Shown: positions 19,050-29,452, numbered from the stretch's first letter. The stretch: DNA of 64,000 nt from Chloroflexota bacterium (GCA_027623195.1 JAQBUT010000004.1:85308-149307); one strand, 5' to 3'. A program made the numbers and translations. The notes: a model not told the origin generated them from the letters alone.

Positions 19050-20003
19050 CTATTTCTTACCCTCGAAGAAGCGACGAGGGTTATCCACCATTATCTTGTT
19101 AATGTCTTCTGGCGACGCGCCCAACTCCTGGAGCCTGGGCAAGACGTTACGGGTGATGAACAGGTAGCTGTCGGGATTATTTGCGTCCCGGACGGCCCTG
19201 GCCTCGCGATGAGCAGGTATGCTGGCTACGGACCAGTCGTGGCCAAGCATGATCCGGTCCACGAAACCTGCCTCGATGAGCTTGTAAGTAGTCTCGGTAC
19301 GCGCCTCCCAATTGGGAAGCTCCGGCCGAGAGCCTGGGTTCCGGTCCAAGCCTATCCAAACGCCCTTCTCCAGCAGGCCGGTAAGGTAGCCCAAATCCGT
19401 CGTGTCGTTGCTATGGCCCACGTAGACCCGATTAAGATCTACACCCTCGTCTTCGAATATACGGACCTGCTGCTCCCCCACCCGTTCAGGGGCCCACGTA
19501 TGCGATGATATAGGCACTCCCGTGGCCTTTTGTGCTCGCGCGGCCGCCCGGAGAATAATCTCCCCCTCGTTGGTCACGCCGCCCATGTCGTTGGCCACCT
19601 TAATGATGCTGGCCCTGATGCCGGTTCCTTCGATGCCCTCTTCGATTTCCCTGATGAACAGCGGCGCTATGGCATCTGGAGAGGCGGTCCAGAAAACTCG
19701 GGGAATGTCCCGCCAGACGCCGGTGGCACAGATGATATTGACGCCCGTCTCTCTGGAGACCTGTTCCAGCATACGAATATCCCGACCAAGGTCTATAGTG
19801 GTAACGTCGATTATGGTGCGAAGGCCTTCGTTATAGGCCTCCGTAAGGTCGTGAATGGCCCGCGCTATCGTGCCATCACGGTCTATGAATTCCGGATATA
19901 GCTGCTGGATGCTCGCCGATGAGGTGATTACATGCTCGTGGGACAGGGTGAATCCCATGTCGGCGGTGTCCATTGGCCCCAAAACAGAATTAATCGTGGC
20001 CAT
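19050..20003 (-). CDS. Phosphotriesterase-family amidohydrolase
   Basis: TLSHEH, DVT.DLGRD, IIKVA, SHT, VGH, GHD metal-site motifs. Confidence 0.92.
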   Translation of the reverse strand: MATINSVLGPMDTADMGFTLSHEHVITSSASIQQLYPEFIDRDGTIARAIHDLTEAYNEGLRTIIDVTTIDLGRDIRMLEQVSRETGVNIICATGVWRDIPRVFWTASPDAIAPLFIREIEEGIEGTGIRASIIKVANDMGGVTNEGEIILRAAARAQKATGVPISSHTWAPERVGEQQVRIFEDEGVDLNRVYVGHSNDTTDLGYLTGLLEKGVWIGLDRNPGSRPELPNWEARTETTYKLIEAGFVDRIMLGHDWSVASIPAHREARAVRDANNPDSYLFITRNVLPRLQELGASPEDINKIMVDNPRRFFEGKK

Positions 20004-20006
20004 GAA

Positions 20007-20789
20007 TTATGCCTCCAGAACTACGGGGTTGCTGAGCACGCCGATGCCGTCAATATCCACCTCACAGGTGTCCCCTGGCTTCATGTTTTGCGTGGCTCCG
20101 TCGGTGCCCATCCAGACCATGTCGCCAGGAACAAGCGTGATGTGCTGGGTCATTACGCTGAGGTAGTGCGCAACGCCAAAGATCATATTGTTAGTGGGGA
20201 AGTCCGAAACGACTTCGCCGTTAACGCGAACCTGAGTTCGTAGCTTATCAAGCTCCACATCCGTTTCAATCCACGGCCCCATAGGCTTAAAGGTATCGGA
20301 ATTCTTGGAGCGCCACATTGTCCGGTCAGCGGACTGCCAGTCGCGTTCGCTCACATCGTTGCCTATGGTGTAGCCCAGAACACAGGACAGCGCGTTGGCC
20401 TCGGTCAGATGCTTAGCCTGCTTGCCAATGACAACTACCAGTTCGCCCTCGTATTGGAAACGCTCCCCAGCGTCTTTGGGCTTCACGATAGCTTCGTTAT
20501 GTGCAATCAGTGCATTGTTGGCGCGATAGCCAATGTCTGCCTTGTCCGGTAGGTCCGGCTCCCGCCCAAGTAGCTTGGCAGCCTCTCGCACGTGCTCTTC
20601 GTAGTTAATGCCCGCCGCGTAAAAGGTCTTGGGCTCAAAGGGAATTAGCAGTTTTACTGAATCCAGGGACCGGGTGGTGCCAGTCTCGCTGTAGCTCTCA
20701 AATGGGCTGCCCGTAACCTCGCTAATCTGCTCGCCGTTTAGTATGCCAAACGACGTATTTCCGTCTGCCTCGTAACGTACCCAACGCAT
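20007..20789 (-). CDS. Fumarylacetoacetate hydrolase family protein
   Basis: YEGELVVVIG, GYTIGNDVSERD, K.SDTF.PMGPW, GDMVWMGT. Confidence 0.92.
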   Translation of the reverse strand: MRWVRYEADGNTSFGILNGEQISEVTGSPFESYSETGTTRSLDSVKLLIPFEPKTFYAAGINYEEHVREAAKLLGREPDLPDKADIGYRANNALIAHNEAIVKPKDAGERFQYEGELVVVIGKQAKHLTEANALSCVLGYTIGNDVSERDWQSADRTMWRSKNSDTFKPMGPWIETDVELDKLRTQVRVNGEVVSDFPTNNMIFGVAHYLSVMTQHITLVPGDMVWMGTDGATQNMKPGDTCEVDIDGIGVLSNPVVLEA

Positions 20790-20867
20790 TTTTCACCCCT
20801 CCTTCAATCTCTTATTCAAATCTTGATATCAATCGGCTATTTTTTCGATCTACTGAAGACGTGGTGC

Positions 20868-21980
20868 CTATCGCTCCGCGTTCATCAGCTCCTTTGCTAT
20901 GGGCAAGACATCCGATGCCACCCTGCTGCACTCCTCGACGTGGGGGTAGCCGGAAAGGATGAACTCATCGATGCCCAGCCGCCAGTAGCCCAGTAACTCC
21001 TCCGCCACCTGCTGAGGCGAGCCCACTATTGCCGTGCCACAGTTGACCCGCACCGTAGAAATTCCGTTCCACAGGTGGGCTCCGACCCTGTGTTCCTCGA
21101 CAACCTGGGCCTGCGCTCTCTGCCCCACCATAGCCGTGCCTGCGAACACGGCCTGTCTTTGTCCTTTCACCACCGTTTCTGCTCTGGACAGCAGATCCCC
21201 GGCAGCGTCCCAAGCCTGGCTCTCAGTGTTGCGAACGATGATGTGGGTGCGAAGACCATGAACTCCCTGTCGGCCCGCCGCCTGGAACTGCTCGTTGGCC
21301 CTGCGGATATGCGTCTCGATGCCTTCTAGCGGCATGATCCAGGCCAGATATGTGTCAGACTGCCTTCCCGCCAAACCCAACGCCGCATCGGACGCCCCTC
21401 CAAGGTAGAACTTCGGGCCATCGCCTACTGGACCTGGCGAGCAGATAGCGCCGTTCAGCCGGATGTGCTCCCCCTGGTAGTCCACAGGCTCAGGAGAACC
21501 AGCCCACAGTTTCCGGCAGGCCTCAATGAACTCCTCAGCTCTGGCGTAGCGGTGCGCGTGGTCCGAGACCTCTCCCATACGTTCGAAGTCGCCCTGGATG
21601 CCGCCGGGGACAACGTTGAGGTCGATGCGGCCTTCGCTGATGTTGTCCAGCGCTGCAGCCATCTGCGCGAAAAGGCCTGTAGATATGAAGCCGGGCCTGA
21701 CAGCCACAAGAAAGCGTATGCGTTTGGTGACTGCTGCCAGCGCGGTCACGGTGGTCCAAGTCTCTGCCAGCGGCTCCCGCTCCTCGAACAGGCCATTGGC
21801 GAAGCGGGTAGGAATTAGCAGCGAGTAGTAGCCCTCGTCCTCAGCCGTTTGCACCACCTGTTTGAGGTATTCAAAGGTCGGAGGACGCTCAGCCTTTAAC
21901 GTGCCTATGTGCTCGCCATCGCCGTCAATAGGCACGAACCAGCTAAATCTAGGCTCAGGTCTGTTATTCGATAATGTCAT
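20868..21980 (-). CDS. LLM-class flavin-dependent monooxygenase (SsuD-like)
   Basis: WFVP.DGD, LLIPT, FLVAVRPG, FILSGYPH. Confidence 0.88.
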   Translation of the reverse strand: MTLSNNRPEPRFSWFVPIDGDGEHIGTLKAERPPTFEYLKQVVQTAEDEGYYSLLIPTRFANGLFEEREPLAETWTTVTALAAVTKRIRFLVAVRPGFISTGLFAQMAAALDNISEGRIDLNVVPGGIQGDFERMGEVSDHAHRYARAEEFIEACRKLWAGSPEPVDYQGEHIRLNGAICSPGPVGDGPKFYLGGASDAALGLAGRQSDTYLAWIMPLEGIETHIRRANEQFQAAGRQGVHGLRTHIIVRNTESQAWDAAGDLLSRAETVVKGQRQAVFAGTAMVGQRAQAQVVEEHRVGAHLWNGISTVRVNCGTAIVGSPQQVAEELLGYWRLGIDEFILSGYPHVEECSRVASDVLPIAKELMNAER

Positions 21981-22004
21981 GAACAGGCATAGCCTCCGTT
22001 TTGG

Positions 22005-23036
22005 TTACTTCTTTAATTCACTGAGGCCAAACGCCTCGGCCACCAGTTCATACGAGCGCACCCTGTCCTCGAAGGCGTAGCAGATTGTCACGATGCCAAC
22101 GTCGTCGGTCTTGTACAACTCCGCTACTGCTTCAATCTTCTCCCTTACCTGTTGGGGGTCGCCGTCGATGTAATGCTCGCGTAGCTGGTTGATGTAGGCC
22201 AGTTCGTCGGGCCGGAACTGGTATGCCAGCGCCTCATCGATTGGCGGAACAGCCTCCCTCGTGCCCTGCACGGACTTCACCCTTGCAACGTTCCTACTAG
22301 AAGCAATTCGCTGCGCCTCTTCCTCTGTCTCGGCGCACAAGACTTGGAGGCCAACGTTTACCTTGGGCTCGGACAGGTACTTGGAAGGCTTGAACTGCGA
22401 TCGGTACATGTCGGCTATGAGAGGCCCTTGTTCCACGGCCATACCGAAAAAATGGGCAAAACTAAAGGGGAGGCCCATTTCTGCCGCCATGGACGCGCTA
22501 TCCGCTCTGGAGCCCAGCAGCCATACATCCGGAGCGGTGAACTCACCCGGCCCGGCATGCACGGATGCGAAGGGATGTTCCGGGTCCACACTGTTATTGA
22601 GAAAGCCTACGAGGTCCCGAACCTGGTCAGGGTAGTAACGTACGTCGATACGCTGGCGCGGGTGGGACAGCACTGCCGCAGTTAGCTGGTCGCTTCCCGG
22701 CGCCCTTCCCAGTCCCAGGTCGATTCTACCGGGGAAGAACGTCTCCAGCATGCGAAAGGTCTCCGCTACCTTGAAGGGGCTGTAGTGCGATAACATCACG
22801 CCGCCGCTGCCCACGCGTATCGTGGATGTGGCAGCCGCGATCTGGCCTATAAGCACCTCGGGGGCAGTCCCTGCAAAATTGGCAACGTTGTGGTGCTCGG
22901 CGACCCAGTAGCGATGGTACCCCAAGCGCTCTGCCGCCTTGGCCAACTCTACCGTTTCCAGAACGGCGTCTCGGGCAGTGCCGCCCTGGCGCACAGGCGA
23001 CTGATCCACAACACTAAGCTTCAGGTTTGTCTTCAC
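22005..23036 (-). CDS. LLM-class (luciferase-like) flavin-dependent oxidoreductase
   Basis: LSVVDQSP, YWVAEHH, RVGSGGVML.HYSP, RIDLGLGRAPG. Confidence 0.92.
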   Translation of the reverse strand: MKTNLKLSVVDQSPVRQGGTARDAVLETVELAKAAERLGYHRYWVAEHHNVANFAGTAPEVLIGQIAAATSTIRVGSGGVMLSHYSPFKVAETFRMLETFFPGRIDLGLGRAPGSDQLTAAVLSHPRQRIDVRYYPDQVRDLVGFLNNSVDPEHPFASVHAGPGEFTAPDVWLLGSRADSASMAAEMGLPFSFAHFFGMAVEQGPLIADMYRSQFKPSKYLSEPKVNVGLQVLCAETEEEAQRIASSRNVARVKSVQGTREAVPPIDEALAYQFRPDELAYINQLREHYIDGDPQQVREKIEAVAELYKTDDVGIVTICYAFEDRVRSYELVAEAFGLSELKK

Positions 23037-23093
23037 ACATATCCTTTGTTTTGAATGTCAGGCAATTTCATTAACAACACACGCACGCGCAAA

Positions 23094-24788
23094 TTAGTCG
23101 GGCTTCGCCGTGTGCGCCTTCCAGCGATTGATGGCAGCCTGCCCTCGCGGACTGGACTGCCTCTGAATCTGCACATTAATTAACGAGGGCCGCTCCAGCT
23201 TCATGCAACGCTCGATAGCGTAAGGAAGGTCCTCCGGGTTTTCCACCATCTCGCCGTAGCCTCCCAGCCCTCGCACAACCTGATCGTAGCGCGTCGGCAG
23301 CAGGTCTGTGGCAACAGGCTTGCCATAGACTCCTATCTGAATCTGGCGGTCTATGCCCCATGCAGAGTCGTTACCCATCACGGCAACTATAGCAAGGTGA
23401 TGGCGAACCGCCGTGTCGAACTCCATGCCGTTAAAACCAAAGGCCCCGTCGCCCGTAAATGCAAGCACCCGCCGGTTGGGATGAGCCAGCTTGCATGCCA
23501 TAGCCGTGGGTATGGTGTGGCCCAGCATTCCCAGCGTCGGCACGTACCACCAGCTCTTGGGGACCCTCGCCGGCAGGTAGGCACGACCCCAGTGGCAGTA
23601 GTCGCCGCCGTCGAAAACCAGGTAGTCGTCCTCGGCAAGATTCTGGCGTATGGCCTTGTGCACCGTCATAGCGTGTAGCGGGACCTGGGGCTCGGCAAAC
23701 GTTTCCAGGTGCGCGTCCCACTCCTTGCGGGCCTCCGATAGCACTTTGAGCCAGGGGAGGTCTTTCCAGGTGTGCTTGGCCGCCTCGGCTGTTAGCTGCT
23801 CCACAACCGCGCCGACGTCGCCAGCTATGCCAACGGCAACGCCCCTGTTACGGCCAATCTCAGCTTCGGATGGGTCGATCTGGATTATCTTGGCATTTGC
23901 ATTTATCACGGGCGGCATTGCGTAGCCCATAATCAGGTCCTGCTTACGACCCATCAGCACGACCACGTCGGCGTCTCCCACCATCTGCGCCGCGCGGTTA
24001 AGCGCCCTGTCGAAGAAGCCGAAGCAGTACTGGTGCTCGTCGGAAACCAGTCCCCGCGCGTCACCCTCCGTCATTAGTGGCAGCTTCGTTGCCTCAATAA
24101 ATTTGGCCAGGTATTCGCCGTTGCTGGTGTAGGCCGCCGCGCTTCCCGCTATAAGCAGAGGCCTCTCGGCGCTGTTAAGAATCTCGATAGCCTGGCGGAC
24201 CTGGTCCTCGGACGCTCTGGCCGCCCCTATTCCGCGATATTCGGACGGCTCGTAAAATTTCACCTCGTCCTCGGATACGAACTCCTGCTGAAGGTCCACG
24301 GGTATGGTCAAATGGACTGGCCCTCGCCTGCCGCTGTAGGCCACCCTGACAGCGTGAGCAATCATGTCGGGTATGCGCCGGGGGTCGGTGACCATCCACG
24401 CGCCCTTGGTAACGGGCTTGGCCATGCCTATCTGGTCGATTTCTTGCATAGCGCCGCGGCCAAGCTCGGAAATCTCCGCACAACCACTAATGGATATCAC
24501 GGGGCTGCCTGAATGCATCGCGGCGGTCAGGCCGGGTATGGCGTTGGCGAATCCTGGCGTGGTGTACATGACAACGCCGGGCTGTCCCGTAATGCGCCCC
24601 CATGCGTCCGCCATGTGTACGGCCGCCTGCTCGTGCCGCGTGTCTACGAACCGAAAGCCCATGTCATCCATGTCGTTCATCACGGGGAGAACATGGTCGC
24701 CTGCAATCCCAAAGACGTTCTTGACGCCCTCCAACTGCAAGGCCCTACCGATCAGTTGGCCCCCGCTGATTTTTCTGCTACTTGTCAT
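23094..24788 (-). CDS. ThDP-dependent enzyme, acetolactate synthase/2-hydroxyacyl-CoA lyase-like
   Basis: RHEQAA, GDGAFGFNGMEFDT...GND ThDP motif; start ATG 24788 (GGAGG RBS). Confidence 0.9.
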   Translation of the reverse strand: MTSSRKISGGQLIGRALQLEGVKNVFGIAGDHVLPVMNDMDDMGFRFVDTRHEQAAVHMADAWGRITGQPGVVMYTTPGFANAIPGLTAAMHSGSPVISISGCAEISELGRGAMQEIDQIGMAKPVTKGAWMVTDPRRIPDMIAHAVRVAYSGRRGPVHLTIPVDLQQEFVSEDEVKFYEPSEYRGIGAARASEDQVRQAIEILNSAERPLLIAGSAAAYTSNGEYLAKFIEATKLPLMTEGDARGLVSDEHQYCFGFFDRALNRAAQMVGDADVVVLMGRKQDLIMGYAMPPVINANAKIIQIDPSEAEIGRNRGVAVGIAGDVGAVVEQLTAEAAKHTWKDLPWLKVLSEARKEWDAHLETFAEPQVPLHAMTVHKAIRQNLAEDDYLVFDGGDYCHWGRAYLPARVPKSWWYVPTLGMLGHTIPTAMACKLAHPNRRVLAFTGDGAFGFNGMEFDTAVRHHLAIVAVMGNDSAWGIDRQIQIGVYGKPVATDLLPTRYDQVVRGLGGYGEMVENPEDLPYAIERCMKLERPSLINVQIQRQSSPRGQAAINRWKAHTAKPD

Positions 24789-24831
24789 ACCATAGTCGCT
24801 CCTCCGGAAAACACCATTTCGTACCCTGGCA

Positions 24832-24962
24832 ATTGTATCTTCAAGGGCTGTACTGTCAAGTAAAGACATTTTTTTGTCTGAACGTTTTGGGGCGCTCAAC
24901 AGGCAGAGTCGCTTCTTGACACAGACAGGCGCTGAGCCTAGACTCCGATTGCCTGTACAGGC
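24832..24962. promoter_or_regulatory. Divergent promoters with a palindromic operator candidate
   Basis: Minus strand TTGACA-16-TACAAT (24859..24832); plus strand TTGACA-17-TAGACT (24916-24944); perfect palindrome GCCTGTACAGGC 24951-24962. Confidence 0.6.
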
Positions 24963-25008
24963 GCTCCGACACTGTGTCTCGTAGCCGGTGATTAAGATAG
25001 GAAAGCCA

Positions 25009-26259
25009 ATGACTTCACAAAATAAGCCAGCCGCATTGCAGGGCATCAAAATCGTCGACTGGACCATATGGCAGTTCGGGCCCATCGCATCCACCATGCT
25101 GGGAGACCTGGGCGCTGACGTCATCAAGATCGAGTCGCTGGACGGAGACCCAGGCCGCACCGTGTTCCGCGCCGGCGGCGTTGATCGCAGCCTACCCGGC
25201 GGGCGCACATCGTATTTCGAGGCCATTCAGCGCAATAAACGCTCCATCGCCCTGGACCTCAAGAAGCAAGAGGGGGTAGATGTCGTCTTAAAAATGGTAG
25301 AAGACGCCGACGTTTTTATCCAAAATTTTAGGAAGGGAGTTGCGGAGCGTTTAGGGCTGTCCTACGAGGTGCTTCGAGAGATTAATCCCAAGCTCATATA
25401 CGCATCCGGGTCGGGCTACGGCCCCAAAGGCCCAGATGCAGAGATGCCCGCCTTGGACTCGGCTGCTCAGGCACGGAGTGGCCTAATGTACGCCACAGGA
25501 CCGGACGGATCGGACCCCTACCCCATTCAAGGCGTTGTTGGCGACCAGATCGGCGGCATCACTTTAGGCTGGGGCATTCTCGCGGCGCTAATGGCCCGGT
25601 CCATCCACGGCATAGGCCAGCAGGTGGATGCATCACATCTCGGAAGCGCCATTTGGCTGCAGGGATTGGCGGTTGGCATGGGCCAGCTCACCCTGGACCG
25701 ACCACCGTCCGAGATTAACAACAGCTACCACTCACCAAGAGACGCCGCTTTCAATCCTCTGGCCAACTACTACAAGTGCAAGAACGACCGCTGGATCATG
25801 CTTGCCAACTTCCAGGCAGACCGCTACTGGGCCGATTTCGCCCGCGCATTGGGCATCGAGGAGCTTATCGACGAGCCGAGGTTCCACGACATGGACGCGC
25901 GCGGAGAAAACAGGGGCGAGCTGATCGCCATATTAGACAAGAAGTTCTCGGAAAAGACCTACGAGCAGTGGGCGGAAATCCTGGCAAGCTCAGGCGACTT
26001 TATCTTCTCGCCCGTGCAACGGCTATCGGAGCTTAAAGACGACCCGCAGGTGATCGCCAACGGCTACATCGCCGACGTCGACCATCCGACGCTGGGGCCG
26101 GTCAAGCTAGCCGACCACCCCCTGCGGTACAGCGAGACTCCTCACAGCATCCGCACCGTGGCCCCAGAGCTCGGCGAGCACACCGAAGAGATTCTTCTGG
26201 AGATGGGCTACGACTGGGACGCGATTGCCAGCTTACAGGAGAAAGGTGTGATTTTGTGA
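25009..26259 (+). CDS. CaiB/BaiF family (class III) CoA transferase
   Basis: LGDLGADVIKIE, NKRSIALDLK, DVFIQNFR, APELGEHT. Confidence 0.92.
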   Translation: MTSQNKPAALQGIKIVDWTIWQFGPIASTMLGDLGADVIKIESLDGDPGRTVFRAGGVDRSLPGGRTSYFEAIQRNKRSIALDLKKQEGVDVVLKMVEDADVFIQNFRKGVAERLGLSYEVLREINPKLIYASGSGYGPKGPDAEMPALDSAAQARSGLMYATGPDGSDPYPIQGVVGDQIGGITLGWGILAALMARSIHGIGQQVDASHLGSAIWLQGLAVGMGQLTLDRPPSEINNSYHSPRDAAFNPLANYYKCKNDRWIMLANFQADRYWADFARALGIEELIDEPRFHDMDARGENRGELIAILDKKFSEKTYEQWAEILASSGDFIFSPVQRLSELKDDPQVIANGYIADVDHPTLGPVKLADHPLRYSETPHSIRTVAPELGEHTEEILLEMGYDWDAIASLQEKGVIL

Positions 26260-26285
26260 GGGTGAAAGGTTAATTTGTTGGGCCT

Positions 26286-26312
26286 GCCCTTCGAAAAGCT
26301 CAGGGCAAACGG
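26286..26312. repeat. REP-like hairpin element
   Basis: GCCCTTCGAAAAGCTCAGGGCAAACGG, resembling the CCCTTCGACAAGCTCAGGGCGAACGG class of intergenic repeats (recalled, not searched). Confidence 0.5.
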
Positions 26313-26559
26313 ATTTCACCCCGCATATAGCAGCAGCGGGCACTAGGTTGATATAATGTAGCCGTCATGTTTGTTCATACAGGTGTGGCCACGCTCCGGG
26401 ATGTTCCACCGTCGCCGGGGCATTTTTTATGAACTCAATCATCCCCTAGCTCCCATGAAGGCGCAGACCGACACCGCGTAGGCCATTGACAGAGGCAAGG
26501 CCTTGCCATAGCCTGAAATAGGTGCCAGATTGGCATAGGTTTTCGGAGGTACGGCCCTT

Positions 26560-27549
26560 TTGACGACACTCGTGACCGGTTGCGCAGGATTTATAGGATC
26601 TAACGTTTGCCGCATGCTTACGGACAGCGGCGAGACTGTTGTAGGCGTGGACAACATGAACGACGCCTACGACGTTCGCCTGAAGCACTGGCGCATGGGC
26701 GAACTAGAATCCAGGCCTAACTTTCACTACTACCACCGCGACCTTTCAGACCTTGGCTCCATGAAGTCGCTATTCGTCAAATACGCCGCCGAAAGCAACC
26801 CACCCTTCGCATCCGTCATCAGCATGGGCGCGCGGGCAGGGGTTCGTCCCAGCGTGGAGAATCCGTGGGTCTACTACGAGGCCAACACACTGGGCACTCT
26901 GAACCTGCTTGAGCTATGCAAGGACTTCGGCGTCAAGAAGTTCGTGCTCTCATCCACATCCAGCGCGTACGGCGACAACACGCCAATGCCGTTCAAGGAA
27001 GACGCCAACACCAGCAATCCCCTTTCGCCATATGCGGCCTCCAAGAAGGCTGCCGAGACCATGGTGTTCACCTACCACCATTTGCACGACATAGACGCCA
27101 CCGTGCTCCGTTACTTCACCGTGTACGGTCCGGCCGGGCGACCCGACATGAGCATCTTCATTTTCGTCCGGGCCATAGCGGAGGGCCTACCCTTTACGGT
27201 GTTCGGCGACGGTCAGCAGTCGCGGGACTTCACATTCGTTGAGGACATTGCCAGGGGAACCATAGCGGCCACCAGGCCGGTGGGATACGAGATAGTTAAC
27301 CTGGGCAACGACAAACCCGCAGTGCTCATGGATGTCATCAACATGATCGAGGACATGCTGGAGAAGAAGGCCAACATCGGCCACAAGCCCATGCACAAGG
27401 CCGACGTCCGTGCCACCTGGGCCAACATCGACAAGGCCCGGGACATTCTAGGGTGGGCGCCTCAAGTCCCCCTGGAAGACGGCCTAAAGCGCACAGTGGA
27501 CTGGTATATGAAGAACCAGGACTGGGCCAAGGACATTATTGTCGGTTAG
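26560..27549 (+). CDS. NAD-dependent nucleotide-sugar epimerase (UDP-glucuronate 4-epimerase-like)
   Basis: TGCAGFIG, ARAGVRPS, YAASK, RYFTVYGPAGRPDM; TTGACA-17-TAGCCT promoter upstream. Confidence 0.92.
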   Translation: MTTLVTGCAGFIGSNVCRMLTDSGETVVGVDNMNDAYDVRLKHWRMGELESRPNFHYYHRDLSDLGSMKSLFVKYAAESNPPFASVISMGARAGVRPSVENPWVYYEANTLGTLNLLELCKDFGVKKFVLSSTSSAYGDNTPMPFKEDANTSNPLSPYAASKKAAETMVFTYHHLHDIDATVLRYFTVYGPAGRPDMSIFIFVRAIAEGLPFTVFGDGQQSRDFTFVEDIARGTIAATRPVGYEIVNLGNDKPAVLMDVINMIEDMLEKKANIGHKPMHKADVRATWANIDKARDILGWAPQVPLEDGLKRTVDWYMKNQDWAKDIIVG

Positions 27550-27764
27550 GCTTAGGACCGGTCCTACGTTCCTGAGTTTTGACCCTTATTCGGGAATATC
27601 TTCAGACTCACCACTTACAACACAAGAAAGTCGGCGGAGTCTTGATTGATTTCTGACAGAGCCTCAAAATGGCTTGACCGAATACTCACATTCAGTCAAT
27701 TCCAAATAATGATGGCCAATAGCGTCAGGCACTAGTGGGGATAAGGACTGTGGATACTGAAGGC

Positions 27765-28560
27765 CTATCCTTCGTATCTCGCTACAACGAGGTTAAAGAG
27801 GTTGAACTTGCCTACCTCTGGGTAAAAGTAGTGGGCGTCGAACTTCTCGATGGTGAAACCATTTTCTTCTAGGTCCTTTAGAGACACTACGTTATCGGCG
27901 GCATGATAACTTTGAATGGCCTCACCAAGATTATGCGGAGCAATACCTCGGAGCTTACCAAAAGTCCTAAGAAAACTCATAGGATGGGCCTTCATATACC
28001 GGAGGTTGGTTTTCGTGGGCCACCTACGCGCGTGCCCACAGAAGGCTTCAACCTTCTCCAGATGTTGTTCTCAGTAGTATGTCGTCATAGAAGGTTGTTT
28101 TGAATACCGAAGGTCTCTGGACGTCGTATATGGCAGCGGCGGTCTGACCGTCATAGCGAAAATCCAACACCGGCAGGTCCGAAGACCCAATGGGGAAATC
28201 TATAAGAATATAAGCGCCTGGATTGAGCAAGGCCTTCAATTCCCTAATGAATTTCGCATTACTGATTATGAAGAACGACGACCTAAAACAGGTAACTATA
28301 TCGGCTCTCAAAACATCACCAAGAGCGGAAAGATCGTTCAAGTCGTGGCGAAGAGCGCCGGAAATGTCGTCCAAGAACAGGTCGCATGGTCGGTATTGGA
28401 ACGGAAGATCTTGAAGCAGTTCCTCGACCACGATACTAGGTGCCCTTTCCGCCAACCCCAGTACTACAGGGTTGTTCGGCAACTTGGACCTCATATCATC
28501 ATATAGAGGCCTCACGGCCTCTTGTAACCAATTGAAATGGAATTCGTCGCTGACACCCAT
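27765..28560 (-). pseudogene. SAM-dependent methyltransferase-like gene with a frameshift near 28070
   Basis: The ORF 27765..27995 frame stays open upstream (EQHLEKVEAFCGHARRWP...) and overlaps the end of 28048..28560, which has class I MTase-like ADIVTC...LLNPGAYILID. Confidence 0.5.
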
Positions 28561-28769
28561 GATAAAATCAAGATAGCATTATGAGACGAAAAAGGGCAAG
28601 GTGCAGTGGGATTTCCCCAATCCCTTTTCGACTACGGCATTCCGGACTAGGCACCGTAAGGGGTCCAAACATCGCGGCTAGTGCCACAAACGTTAATATC
28701 CAAATTGCAAACGAAATCCCGTGTCACGAATAACCTATCAAATCAAATAATAGGGAAGAAAGTGACTTC

Positions 28770-29384
28770 TTATGGTGCTCCTCGAAACAGCCCTAATGTC
28801 TCTAGCTCCAGCTCCACTTGCGCCATGGACTCGAACCGTATGCCGGTTATACCCAGGCTGGTGGCTGACTCTATGTTTTCAGCCACGTCGTCGATGAATA
28901 CGCACTCATCCGGCGACACGCCCAATACTTCCAGCCCAGAAGTAAAGAAGGCTGTGTCCGGCTTGCAATGGCCTAACTCGTAAGACAACAACGTGTCAGC
29001 GAAGAGCGCCAGCGCGGGCTGCAACTCTGCGCTGCGCTTGTAATGCTCCTCGTCCGTGTTGGAGCCCAGCACCAGTCTGTGTTTTCCCTTAACTCTTTCT
29101 AACAAAGGCAGGGCTTCGAGATTTGGGGCCAGAATGGAATTCCAATGGCCCATGAGTTCGTCAGCGGGCATTTTGATGTCCAGGCTGGCCGCTACGCTGC
29201 TTGCGAACTCGCCTGTATCGATCTCCCCGCGCATGTAAGCGAGGTGCGTATCGCTGTTAAGGACGGTCTCTAGCACCTGCTCGGGAGCCATACCAGCCGC
29301 GCGTCCCAGGGGTTCGGTGGCGTGTTCCCAGTGCGTCCAGACGATCACACCGCCCATGTCGAATATTACTGTCGAAATCGCCAA
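28770..29384 (-). CDS. HAD-family phosphatase
   Basis: IFDMGGV, GSNT, KPD, FIDD motifs. Confidence 0.9.
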   Translation of the reverse strand: MAISTVIFDMGGVIVWTHWEHATEPLGRAAGMAPEQVLETVLNSDTHLAYMRGEIDTGEFASSVAASLDIKMPADELMGHWNSILAPNLEALPLLERVKGKHRLVLGSNTDEEHYKRSAELQPALALFADTLLSYELGHCKPDTAFFTSGLEVLGVSPDECVFIDDVAENIESATSLGITGIRFESMAQVELELETLGLFRGAP

Positions 29385-29452
29385 TTCGAACCCTCATTTC
29401 AATAGTATCGAATATTTGATGAAGCCCATAACGAACCTGCAACGTTGGGCAT

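Noticed and set aside
24789..25226. N-terminal extension of the 710-aa ThDP ORF
   Set aside because: Overlaps the divergent promoters and the CoA transferase; the RBS supports a start at 24788
28048..28050. Selenocysteine read-through of the methyltransferase-like TGA
   Set aside because: The downstream ORF is in a different frame, which indicates a frameshift rather than read-through
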